Shown here: positions 52,422 to 64,000 of the stretch, piece after piece
Numbering within the stretch: the first letter of the stretch is position 1
How the letters are laid out: the number at the start of each line of letters is the position of its first letter
NCBI GenBank assembly: GCA_976226885.1
Contig: OZ320315.1
Location: 51,708,001 to 51,772,000, forward strand
Origin: Iphione sp. A-MEVVRFRX5
Lineage: Eukaryota
Length of the DNA: 64,000 nucleotides
Direction of reading: 5' to 3'
Made by a program: the position numbers and the translations under genes
The notes under the pieces: model-generated
Told to the model about the DNA's origin: nothing
Databases searched by the model: none
What the model saw: only the letters and a program-made list of their open reading frames with translations

Positions 52422-52926
52422 CTTTCTAACCAGACATGTCTTCCTATCATAACTAGGCAAAATATTGTAATGCAACAAACTTATCAGGTATCATGCCTAA
52501 CCGCAAATGAAAAACTGTGATATTGGCCTTTGAAGTTTTTGTAGACGCAGTCTACCAAGGTCTTCTAGAATAACCTTAGCAATGAACATTTTGTATTTCT
52601 CAATCTTCCTGAAACCCCACACAGTCTATTTACACTATCTAAGCTACAAAATACAAGAATCATGTATTTTGAGACATAATATTTTATTCATGCCGGCCTC
52701 TGAAAATGTGACAAAATCTCACTCTGGAAAAGAAACTTAACCTAGAAAGACAAGTTCAAAATATCACAGTACCTCCATCTAGAAGCTTAAAAAGGGCTGC
52801 AGGTTGACCCTGGTCTTGAAAAATAGTCTGTGTAAGTGTTCATGATTTTCTTGGATTGATTAAAAGCACAGTCTTTTCAGGTAATAATAAAATGTGTCCA
52901 CATCCAGGTACACCTACGGCCACTAG

Positions 52927-52996
52927 TGCCCTTACCTCTGCCCCTGCCTCTGCCTCTACCTCTGTCCCTTCCTCTGCCTCTGCCCCTGCCCCTGCC
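52927..52996. repeat. (CCTCTG/CCCCTG)n hexamer tract, encoding GRGRGR on the minus strand
   Basis: Directly visible; lies at the C-terminus of the Sola2 relic. Confidence 0.9.
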
Positions 52997-53322
52997 TCAT
53001 GCAGGGCCTTCATCAGTAGGTCCTGGAGCTGAGCATGGAGCTACTCCTGGCTCTGTGTCCAACTCTGCTCCTGTCAGAGCAGGGTCAGGAACAGAGAGGG
53101 CTTTGGGTATATGATGTCTTTGGTCTCCTCTGTTCTTGAACAGATTCCACTGTCTTTTGGTGGACAAACCAGTGGAAGAACAACAAGTAGGAGGGGTTCT
53201 TGGAGACAGCTTGGGGGCTAATACTCAGTATCTTGAAAGTGCATGGCTGGTTGTCTGCATACTGATGGAAGGAAATAACCCCAGGGTTTTGGTTTGAGAA
53301 CCCAAATAGTGCTGCTGCTTAA

Positions 53323-53887
53323 CCCTATCCAGGCGGGTGATGCCTGCAGGCACTCCCGGGCGAACGACGGGTGATGCCTTCAGGCACTCCCGGGTAAACG
53401 CCGGGTGATGCCTTGAGGCATTATTTTGACTATCAGTGTTTGTAAAACGAATTATCATGGAAATAATGCATGGATTTTGATGAAATTTGGACAAAATTTA
53501 GAAAAATAGTCATACTTTATTCTAGTGTATACAGAAATAATGAGTTATAAAGGTAACAGGATATGTTTCAACAAAAACTGTCATATTTTCATGTGTTTAC
53601 ATAGGAAACGACTGACAAATGAAGTGAATTACATACCTGATAGGCAATTCCAAGTAATATTCTCAAACAAATCCATATTTGTGTTCTTAAAATGATTATA
53701 AATATATTTTCCAAGACAATTCTCCCTAGACAATTGAAAAAATATCACTTTAAAAGCATTATCACACCCTGAATCGTCCGTGCGAACAAAAATGACGCAA
53801 TAGTAAAGTGCCGCCCTCTGTAGGAAAGTGTCAAAATTAACCCCGCCCTAGGTGCATGACGTACTGTCAGGGGCCGCCTGGATAGGG
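53323..53887. mobile_element. piggyBac-type non-autonomous element (MITE), 565 bp
   Basis: Perfect 14-bp TIR CCCTATCCAGGCGG / CCGCCTGGATAGGG; TTAA on both sides (53319-53322, 53888-53891); three subterminal repeats GGGTGATGCC. Confidence 0.92.
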
Positions 53888-56800
53888 TTAATACTTTGCA
53901 AATGTCAGACAAAAGATGAGAGGAATGTTTGTCAGTAATATGATGGCAATTTAACATTCCCTGACTCATTGCTGATGAGTCAGGGAATGTTGACCTGATT
54001 CTTCATGTGGCCAGTAATAATAAAGTTAAGGGTGGTTGTTCTGTGATGACCAGTGAGGACTCTCCACATGAGATAGGCTAGCACATAATTGGTCTTGTTC
54101 TGGCCACTGCAGTTGTCACAGTGCAGATCAACAGAGTATTAACCCAGATCAAACTTCTCAAAATAATGATGCAGATAAGAGATGACAGCATTGATGACAG
54201 CACAGTGTCCCTCATCTATGAAATAGTTGACCTGCTTAGGTATAGCCTAATTACATACCCCAAAGATGCCATCTTTCTGCAGGACTAGAAAATACAGTGG
54301 GCCTGACTGCATTGGGGAGGAGGGCAGGTGGACCTGCTAGGCATAATCAAAACTGATGTGAGTAGCCATGTCAACAGACCAGGGTGGGTGTAGACCAAGG
54401 GAAGGGGACTTGGCTTCTTGATAAGCAGCCTTAGCATTCTTCCCTATATTCTGACATAATAGCCTCTCCCCTGTTACCACCTCCAGATGTTTTTGCTGTT
54501 TCTTTATTTTTGCTGTCTTGACTACCTCAGGGAGATTACTACATAAGGGAATGTGCCTGTAGTTATGTTGATGTTCCCAACATAGGTCAGTCCTGGGATT
54601 GGAAGGAACAATACAGGGAAGAAGTTGCAGCCACAGGTTCCGGAATGAGTTCCCAGTCTGCTACACACCTGTACTGAGACTCCTCCATGGCTGCACAATG
54701 CAGTTTGTAGATGTCAGCATTGGTTGTGGACAAAGGGAAGAGGAGGATGTCATCATGCTTGTGGGTAGCTACATGGCCAGGGAGAACAAGGGCGTTGGTC
54801 TCTGCATATGAGGTGATAAACCCTACAACTCTCTCGATGTCAGCAAGGTAAAGGATCTTGCTTTTGGACTGTCTGCTGATAGACCTCTTAATACAGGGGA
54901 CAACACTGTTATCCTTCTACCATTGCATGATGTTGATGAGTTTGTTCTGGCTGATGCTGGAAGGTATAGTGAAACACCCTTAACCTCTATCCAAGACAGA
55001 AGGCCATCAATGCAGGTAGATTGTAACTTCTAATTAGTGAATAGTTACATACTCCAAGTTCATGATTCTTTTGACATCTATTTACTCATACTGTTACCAC
55101 TATAAATGAAATTACATTCATTTAGGAGATAGGAGTACAAGGATGAAAGATACTAATGTATACATGAACAAGTGTCCCTGCAAATGACTTTGGAACCAAC
55201 CATGTAATTGCTGTGTGGAACACACCTCTCATCCTTCTCCTTTTCCCCCTTCTTCCGCATTGATGTCATGGCACTAATGTTGGTGACAGTGCTTATTATG
55301 CCTTGGAGTAGCATGTCCTTTTCCCCTAAAAGAGATGGGTATATATGATGTCTGAGAGACATGGCTAGGATTGACTTCTGATTTTTTTTTTCTAGCATGG
55401 GGGAAACTGACAACAAGTTGACAATAATGTTTGGCAGACACTAAACTAAAGTGATCTTCTGAGCTACACATCTTGACTCTAGAAATTGCATCCATGATGG
55501 TTGCTACTAGTCTCAACAAATTTCACAACAAGTTTGGGAAACAATAAATACCTGAGGACAGCTGGAAATCTCCCTACCATCTCTTTGCCAATTTGATTGC
55601 CATGAACTGTTTGTTGCAGTTGTTGTCATTGTAGTGCTTGCAAGAATACCTACAGGAAATGTTCCAATGGTCAGTTTTCCATGGTGCTCCATGGCCCTGA
55701 ATACAAATGAAATATGGTATTCTAACATATTCAGAAGATACTTCAGAATCTCCAAGGGGATTTACAACAATAAAGATAATGATAATGGAAGTGATCACAA
55801 GTCGCCATTATGGTGAATTAAAAAAACTTACCTGAAGTTTTCCAAGCGATTCCACTCATCGTTTAGGATCTCATCTGTAGGATCAGTGACCACTAGTGAA
55901 TCAGGTACCTCTATTAAGGGTTCCTCCTCTACCTCACATTGTTTTTCCACCTCCTCAAGAGGATCCTCCTCCACTATGTGCTCCTTCCCCTCCTCCTCAT
56001 AGAGAAAGTATTCATCAACAAGATTCTGCTGCTGTTGGCCCAACTGATGTTATTCAAAGCATCCACCAAGGCTTGAGCCTGATCCATGGCCATGTCTGGC
56101 CGTTCCCAGACACTTTTGCATCCAAATGCTAGGTTATTGCATCTTTATCAATTAGTATCCACAGCTAGAGTAGAAAAACACATCCACTCACAGTGGAGCC
56201 AGACATTTAAACTGACCCAAATAAATGCATGTGGGAGGCTCTTGACAAATCAGTGCACCACATATGCTACACATGCCCTTGCTGGCAACAATTGTTTACA
56301 TAATGACTCACCTGAAAACACCTTGTCATTGGTCCAAGAGAATGCACTTTCAAAATCTGAGGGCGTCATTGGCAGAAGAACTTTGTGTGCTTTCAGCAGG
56401 TACCTGGGAAGTGGGGCTGTGATGATGGCAGGTCTACAAGGGGAGCTGCTGAAGTTTGGATAAATGGCCCCAGGTGAGAGTCTTTTTGTATTTGTGCATT
56501 CAAACATCCTCCAACTTGAGAGCCATATGACAAGCACTTATAGTCATTGTGGGAGTATAATATTTACACAGAATAAATTCAGACACAATAGATATGAAAA
56601 CAATCAAAAACACAATTTGCATAGTTAAGCTGACTTCCAACTTCGGCGGAATATATCTCAGTTTTTGTCCCTGTGACTTCCAACTCAATTCATCAGAATG
56701 GGTCACATATAATGATGTAATTTAGGATGTATACATACAAACTATACCTAATACAAATCTGTTCTCTAAAAGATCACAGCAGTTATTTAAGTTAACCCTA

Positions 56801-56954
56801 TTTTAAAGGATTCGTGGATAAATTTTGATCAATTATAACTTCTCCGTTATTGCTCTGGTGCCAATAAAAATCCATTCCAACATGTACCAAACATCATGTT
56901 AGATTTAAAGAAATCATTGCATCATGTGCTGGAATAAACCGAACATAATGATAT

Positions 56955-57269
56955 GGCTTTAAAAAATGTCTGTGTTCCTGGTAACATGTTGAAAAATGAA
57001 AGGTTTGGTTGGTTTGTGGTTTCATTTTTTCCCACTAAAATTATCCAATTAAAAGGCTAGACAGTACTTATCCTGCTTGGATCTTAATGATACATATATC
57101 ATATGAAAAGTAATGCTCACAAGGAATATGTTGAGGTATTGTATGAGTCTCTAGATTTATTCAGTCAGAGTTATGGGGGAAAGAATTATAAAATAAAAAA
57201 AACCTCCAACAGGCCAAGATGTAGGGTCAGTTGGGTTATCAGAAACTCTGATATTCTTTTATTGGGCTT
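56955..57269. mobile_element. MITE family A, copy 2
   Basis: AAAAAATGTCTGTGTTCCTGGTAACATG ... GGGTTATCAGAAACTCTGATATTCTTTT. Confidence 0.55.
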
Positions 57270-58962
57270 GTGGTAAATTAGCTTCTAAACACTTTTAAGT
57301 GTACACTTCCTCTTTAGAGCTATATGGAAATAATTCCATATGTGTTTTTCAAAGTACTGCGTTACAGCTTTTTGCATTGGTTCCAAATGCAAATTTGAAA
57401 CACTATCTAAAGTATATAAAAAGACTGAATGGCTTGGCTTCAGTTTCTGGCATCATTATATGATAGATAAGCTTTAAAACTCTGTTTAAAATGTGTGGAG
57501 AAATACCTAACTAGGTTTACCATCAGTGAGGCAGGCTATGTATGACCTACGAGGGGGTAAGGAGCTCTGCTGCTTCCGCATGGAAGTTGTGATTTGTTCA
57601 GTACATGTACCTGCAAGCCTAATCCAGGGGACTTATTTGTTGGCAGGGGTAAGGGGCTCTGCCGCTACCCCCATGGTGGTTGCTATGTTTATGCGAGCTT
57701 TAGGTACATGTAGATAGTTATGTCGAAATGTTTAAATAACTAAGATCAGTAGTTCGATGAATATATATGCAGGGGCATGCAACGTTTAGCAGATATCCAT
57801 CCCTCACTATATTCTTACATTTACTATTTTCATAAACTCAATACTGCCATTGAATCTATCATTATTTCTCACCATGAATTATTATATCTTCTTCTGTCAC
57901 GAAATCTTGTTATGATCATAACCATTATTGCCATAGGCTGGTCTTTGTACTCTGAAACTAGAAAACATACTGGAGAGATGTACTATTTGTACAGTTATAT
58001 TCAATGGAAATGAAAAAATCAGTGAAACATCTTCTCTTAAACTTGTAAGTTAGAACCCCTATTATGGCCAAAGTGGTGTAAAGGCGGAAGATGTGCGTCT
58101 TTCTCGCAGTCCATTTTACTTCTCACATCTGCTGTTGAATATTCAGTGACAAACGCTTGCTAAAAACGCGTTGATATCTCGTCAGAAATTTAGTTCGGCC
58201 AAATAGAACGGCTAGCAAACAGACTGTCCATCAAGGCCTAACACCGGACAACATTAGAACTCCATTAAATTTGTTATCGATTTCTTGCCTGAATGTTTGA
58301 TTTTAAACTTAATGGGATGCTGCGCTGTTTTCAGCATGAGGACCGAGAGTCCCTCTTTACGTGCCATATGAATTAAATAGTTTCCTTTGTTAATTTCTGA
58401 GTAGCACTATTTGTCAAAGGCATGACTATAAAAAATTGAGCGATGGCTGGACCATATGATTAAATGAGAAGTAAAATTTGAAAGAAGCACATTGATATAT
58501 TCAGTGCTGGACTCTTCTGAATCGGGCCGGTTCATTGTTAGTGTCCATGTTTGCTTTACATTTATAGCCTAAAATGATGTATCACCCAACCTAGGAATGT
58601 TGTTGAAAACTGTCTTGTTTTTTTCCAGATGCACCATTCTGCCAGAGTGTCCATTAACCGCTATCCCCATGTGCATGAACCTTCCACACCCACCACTTTG
58701 TGCATGGACAGTGGGAGGACCGGACCAGGCAGTTAAGATAGAACTACCCCCATGTGTGCAGGCTACCTGGACCTGCCACCTGCTGCATGCGGGACAATTG
58801 GTGTTGGTCTGGTCTTCCCGCATACCCTGCCATCTCATGCATGTTGGGAATACAGGCCCATAGCTAGGAAGTTTTCTGGAGGGTATAGGACAATATTCCC
58901 GATAGCCTCTTGGCCACAGGCCTAGTATAGAATAAAATAGAGTAAAATAGAGAGAAATTCAG

Positions 58963-59103
58963 TGAGATCTGCAAAAAAAAACATTATTTACACAAATTTG
59001 ACAGGAATCCAATGAGATCTGCATAAAAAACACATTATTTACACAAATTTGACAGGAATTCAATGAGATCTGCACACATACACACACATACACTACACAC
59101 ACA
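58963..59103. repeat. About 50-bp tandem duplication (2.2 copies) followed by a CA-rich tract
   Basis: TGAGATCTGC starts at 58963, 59013 and 59064. Confidence 0.9.
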
Positions 59104-60034
59104 TCAGGAAGACAATGTATATAGTTCCCACACATGGGGATAGACCCCGCCACCTACTGTGGGTAGGTCCGGGCTGCATGCACAATGCCACAATTTGCGT
59201 GTGGACAATTTGCGTCCTTGGGGATAGTGCCTTAGTCTGACAAATCCTGTCAAAAGTTTTTTCTTCAAGTTAAAATTTACCATATTCCCCGCACTATCTG
59301 CTGCAGCATTATGAAACACAAATACATAAAATATCACCTCAACTAACTTCCATATAGGCACCAGAACTCACACCCAACCATTATAAAAGATATCTAGATT
59401 AAAATTTCCTCGATCTATCGGGGGCCTGAGAGTATCGCCAAAGGTAAGCATCATCTGTCTCAAGCATTTAATTCCTTAGAATCTGTGATGGTGGATCGTG
59501 GTGGCATTTCCTCCTCCTCCTACTCCTCCTTCTCATGGCCAGTCAGAATAGCAGGTCAACACATCCTGTCCAAGCCAGTATATTCCACTAAATTAAATGT
59601 GTCATTCACTTTCAGGATCTCTTATGCCCTTTTTTGAAAAGGGGCATGGCATCATACACATGTTGATCTTCAAAAGGTTTGCACATCACCAGAGTGTTTC
59701 ATCCACAACCTAATGGGGCACCTCTCCACTGTGAAGGACATCACCAGCTACATGACATTTCTCAGTTAGTACACAACAGGATGCCAATCAAAAACCGTCA
59801 TCGACCCCTTGGTTTTCACGGGGTATCTTCGATATCCTCTATCTAAAGAATTTGTTCGGGTGACTGCTTTCCCTGATGGACTTTTATAGCCTGTGGTTGG
59901 GCAGAGGTTTGATTACGGTGGATATTAGTTTAAAACATTATGATTCGACTAGTTGCATCAAAATAGGTGTGGCTCACTAGCTGGGACTGAGATGACCGTG
60001 GCCAATTCCAGATGTATACAAGGAGTTGACACTA

Positions 60035-60212
60035 CAGTGGAACCTCTCTACTACGGACAGAAAAGGGACTGACCAAAAAGTGTCCAAAAGGAGGGTTGTC
60101 CTTTATAGCAGGGGTATTTAAACATGTTTATATAGATTTGGTTCTCTTTCCAGCCTGTACATATTATGAGGTGTCCTTTATAGAGGGGGTCCTTAGTAAA
60201 GGGGTTCCCCAG
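60035..60212. mobile_element. Tc1/pogo (Tigger-like) MITE
   Basis: TA|CAGTGGAACCTCTCTA at the left end and TAAAGGGGTTCCCCAG|TA at the right: imperfect TIR with TA TSD. Confidence 0.7.
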
Positions 60213-60584
60213 TATATAAGAAAACCAAACATATGAGGGACCATCCTTGGTCACAACACCTCCAATCTCTAATTATTAAGGACCGAATATTTCTGGCCGA
60301 TTTCCCATTCACCTGTGCACTGTCTGAGGCTGTGTGTGAGACATCACCCTTGCCTTATTATTTTCCCATTTACACAGCTTATCTCTGATGATTACACTGT
60401 TATATTGGGGCTGAGATAGTGGGTTTCTCATTCAGCCCATGTCAGAGATAAGACCAAAAGCTCTGAGCCAGGGCTAGAGGTGTCTTGGCTGCAATAAATC
60501 AGGTGAAACTATGTTAAAGGACAAAAAAAATATGATTACCACACATTACTGCACAATGCTGCACAATTGTCATATTTTTCCATA

Positions 60585-60815
60585 GGCATTCACCAGTTTT
60601 CATACTTTTTCCAGTGGGATTCACCAGTTTTTTTATACTTTTTTCCAGTGATATTCACGAATTTTTATATTTTTCCAGTGACATTCACCATTTTTTATAC
60701 TTTTTTCCAGTAGCATTTACCAGTTTATATACTTTTTCCAGTGACAGTCACTAGTTTTTATCCATTTTCCAGTGGCATTTACCAGTTTTAATACTTTTCC
60801 AATAACATTCAACAG
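60585..60815. repeat. Minisatellite, about 31-bp unit (ATTCACCAGTTTTTATACTTTTTCCAGTGAC), about 7 copies
   Basis: Directly visible diverged tandem copies. Confidence 0.9.
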
Positions 60816-61859
60816 TTCTCATCAGTCCCAGTTCAATCTCACCTTATCTAGGGACCCCAGAGTTGATACAGTGATTGAGAAATCCACCCGAGATAGCAAG
60901 CACAGCCAAGGTCAAAACCCAAGCAGATGAGGCCGGCCAAATGAGAAATTGGCCATTATTTCCCTTGGTAAGCCCTAATATCCATATGCCGATGCAGCGA
61001 GTAAGGCCAAATATGCATACACAGCACAGACACCAATGGAATGGCACGTTCCCTTTTGAAAACTTACAACATGGAGATTTGCAACATGCTACACTCTTCA
61101 TGTGTAGATGTAAATGGAAACACTCCTGCAGTGATCCTTTATTCCCCAGATGCACGGAGAACCACATATGAAGAGGTAATATTGACGCACAGTCACATCA
61201 AAATTGGGCCTTATGGTAATATATCTTCGGAATTGGGGAAACATGTCGGTAACATACATGCATAACTCATTCTAAATGTTTGAACTTTAACGTTCTTCGT
61301 GGCATCTACCAAAGAACTGCTTAAATTGTAATGCTTTTTGCTGCATGCACATCTTACTCCTTATTGTTATCAAGTAAATTCTTCAGCACAAGTGGAAATG
61401 TCTTCCATAGGCAATTGACAAACGACCCTGTTACTCCAGGAATACAGTTATCTTCCAATTATACTTAATTCTGAAGGAAAAATTAGTGTATGGCAGTTTC
61501 TGAACTATTATTGCGAAAATGATTCATACAAGCCAACCTGCATGGCCAAATTGCTACCTGTTTATGCTGTCAGGTATTTTCCATGTCACAGGGCACACAT
61601 GCACTTGTCGCAACAGCAGCACTGTGTATATGTAGTCCAGTCACACAGTTCTACTGTTTCTTAATGCCATAAACTGTTACAAAATTCAGAAGAGTCCATT
61701 GTGGAGATGGGAAGGCAGGGGTTAAATGCATGTTATCAGAGGAAGTCCACAAAATACACGAATAAAGGTTAATATTAACAAATATAGCTGCATTCAAATG
61801 GTTGCTTTCCCGAACCTTTCAAGGAGTGAATAGGAAGTGTTGAGTGAAAAATTGGGTCC

Positions 61860-62220
61860 CTGTCCTCCACACACGAGGGATTAAAACTATCCAACTGCAG
61901 TCTCCTCCTCTCGCCAACGTCTTAAGATAATAGAGTGACAAGGACTTGAAGCCTATATTGCATATCGACTGAGTTCAACTGCAAATTCCTAATCTGTCAC
62001 ATACATGTAAGTACATGCACTTATGTACACGTATGCCCGTGGGAATTTAACGCTCTGCAGGCCCCAAATTGGGAATTTTCTCCTACTGGAACAAATCCGT
62101 CTATAATGATTCACACTACACTGACAAGTTAATTGTATTTCATTGTTTACACTTCCTCGTTTGCTGCACGAGAAGTGGGTATTGTTGAATGGCGCAATCC
62201 AATAGTTGGCTAAAACATAA
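61860..62220 (+). pseudogene. Possible decayed LRR relic
   Basis: LKLSNCSL; SSFAAREVGIVEWRNPIVG. Confidence 0.3.
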
Positions 62221-62560
62221 TAGGGAGAGCTGAATCCCCATCGATGAACATCACAAGCACGGGCACAGACATGCACTGGACCTATTGGAATTACTTAAGA
62301 TGAATATGATACTGAAAATATCCACAAGCACACGCCCCGTTGTCCTGGACAATGAACCAATTTTCTAGCTGAAAGCCATTTGCTTATTCACATACATAAC
62401 ATGTACGGCTCACATCACTTTCCCCTTGAGTCATAACCAGTATGAACAGAATTTGAATATACCTTGTCAACCAACTTGACTGAAAAATACGAGGACAAGG
62501 CAACATGTCCTAGTACTGCCGTATTTAAGTGATTAAGTGGTCAGTATTTGTCTTCAGGAG

Positions 62561-63274
62561 TACTAACAAAATATCTGTGTGGCTGGTAACCTAACCGACC
62601 CCGATTTTGACCTGTTGGAACATGTTTATAATAGTTTATAATAGTTTTTAAAAGGTTAAAAAGTTAAAGATTATTATCAAAATTTTAATCAAAATTTGAA
62701 TTCCTGTTCTTCCAAGCAACCTTTGTAATTTACAACCAACGAATGTAACATAACACTGTCTGCCCATCAGTACAATGCCCAAAAACTGCAGAACACATAT
62801 ACATATACATGTACATTGCAATACATGCACTTCAGGATACCTGATACCAGAAAATGCGCATAACTACACTTAAGGGTACCTTATTACATCAGCATCAAAC
62901 ACTACATCCCCTGAAGAAGTCACCCTACATGACGAAACGTTGGGAATTTAACGCCGAATAAACAACCCTTATCTACAACTGGCCTCTGTGAGTTTTGGTT
63001 CACCACTGATAACATTTTTATAATAGTTTTGCAAATATCTACAGATTCAATAAAGTTATAAACACATACAGTACATCAATTTGTTCCATGGATCATTGGC
63101 TTCCATATGATATAGAATTAAAGCCAAGCAGTATAAGTGATAGATCCAGGCTTGAGAATTACTGTCTAGTTTTTCACTGTGACATTTGTGGGTAAATAAA
63201 ACCCACCTTCTTACCAACCCTATAATTTTACATGTTACCGGAAACATGGATATTTTTTGTTGGGGGGGACCTTA
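62561..63274. mobile_element. MITE family A, copy 3 (longer, with internal cargo)
   Basis: AAAATATCTGTGTGGCTGGTAACCTAACCGACC ... CATGTTACCGGAAACATGGATATTTTTT...CCTTA. Confidence 0.55.
62911..62955 (+). ncRNA. Degenerate hammerhead-like motif of the kind seen at Penelope-element ends
   Basis: CTGAAGAA-GTCA(ccctaca)TGAC-GAAA-CGTT(gggaattt)AACG-CC; extra A in the core and no U at the cleavage triplet. Confidence 0.3.
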
Positions 63275-63789
63275 TGTTCAGATTAAATGGAATGGTCGGG
63301 CACAATCTTTGTACCCAATAAATCGATTTCTTAAAGCTATAACTTCACTTAAAACAAACTCTACAAGACTAAATCAAAGGTTCAGAACATAAGTATGATT
63401 ATTGTATGTAAAATAAACACTTACAGTTATTTCAATGATATTCAATATTGTGGCAATTTGGGGCAATGTTGATCTTACACTGGAGCAATGCTTGACAAAA
63501 GCCATCATTTCAACATTGGACGAACGTCACCCCCAGCATGTCCCCTATTAGAGCACTGTCACTACGTTTGCTGGCACCTTGGTTTCCTTATTATCCAGAA
63601 GCCCAATGGACTCAGTTGTACTCATTAATTGAAAAATCTGTTCCTTTGACTTTAACATTACATTAAACTATTCTTGTTCAGGTTTTTGTACCTTTTTCAC
63701 TTTCTATACCACAGACCTTGGAGGATAATCGCATCTTCATAAAGTGTAGACAAATATTGAACCCCAACAAGGAGTCAGGAAATACATGT

Positions 63790-63850
63790 ACAGTTGAAAC
63801 TCGTTAACTGGTGGGGTCCGTTATTCAAATTTTTGTATGGATAACGGATT
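63790..63850 (+). mobile_element. Left end of another Tigger-like element
   Basis: TACAGTTGAAACTCGTTA; no partner TIR seen in the window. Confidence 0.35.
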
Positions 63851-64000
63851 ATTATTGAAATTGAAATTGAAATCGCCACCAATTCTTGGAGTGGGGAATC
63901 CCAACATTTGAGGTGAGTAGGATTTAAATAGTTGTCAAAGCTAATTTCATGCAGATTTTCATGGAATTATATTGAACCATTGTAGTAAATTCAAAGATTT

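Larger units (their letters stand above)
52910..56045 (-). mobile_element. Sola2-type DDE transposase pseudogene (multi-exon), interrupted by a piggyBac-type MITE
   Basis: EKDMLLQGII, VICRDT, FITSYAETNALVLPG, PRTDLCW, HISFDYA*QVHLPSSPMQSGPLYF, QVNYFIDEG, HCDNCSGQNKTNY, TGHMK, IKQQHY, GLSTKRQWNLF, EETKDII; ends in a GRGRGR tract. Further minus-strand exon-like pieces up to about 56700 may belong to it. Confidence 0.85.

Noticed and set aside
59440-59860. THAP-like fragment on the minus strand
   Set aside because: Only a loose resemblance (MCKPFED...DAMPLF); the C2CH signature is not recoverable.
60585-60815. CRISPR-like array
   Set aside because: Direct tandem units with no unique spacers, no cas genes, eukaryotic context.
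57900-63700. Further faint LRR-like frames (about 58100-58350, 60900-61400, 63450-63650; also 29600-29780 and 34740-35000)
   Set aside because: Too weak to separate from chance by eye; include them in the HMM scan.

Overview
Eukaryotic, AT-rich genomic DNA: it has a GT-AG spliced gene, non-LTR retrotransposons and DNA-transposon relics, and no prokaryotic features. Composition, the frequent TACATGTA motif and the TE mix (CR1/L2-type LINEs, Crypton, Sola2, MITEs) suggest a marine invertebrate such as amphioxus; this is inference only. I can reconstruct one intact gene, a 5-coding-exon glycine N-acyltransferase-like GNAT (47992->44385, minus strand, 318 aa). TE content: a young 5'-truncated LINE inside an older LINE, three more LINE relics, an intron-containing Crypton tyrosine-recombinase relic, a Sola2 transposase relic split by a TTAA piggyBac-type MITE, several MITEs, a tRNA-derived SINE and two hammerhead-like motifs. 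Main unexpected observation: much of the remaining intergenic and intronic DNA translates, across stops and frameshifts, into about 35 intronless, heavily decayed leucine-rich-repeat (LRR) coding relics of 0.2-1.4 kb. They lie on both strands, several carry LRRNT and/or LRRCT cap motifs, and three appear to sit inside introns of the intact GNAT gene. All translations were done by eye, relic boundaries are approximate, and the LRR calls need an HMM search with a shuffled control.
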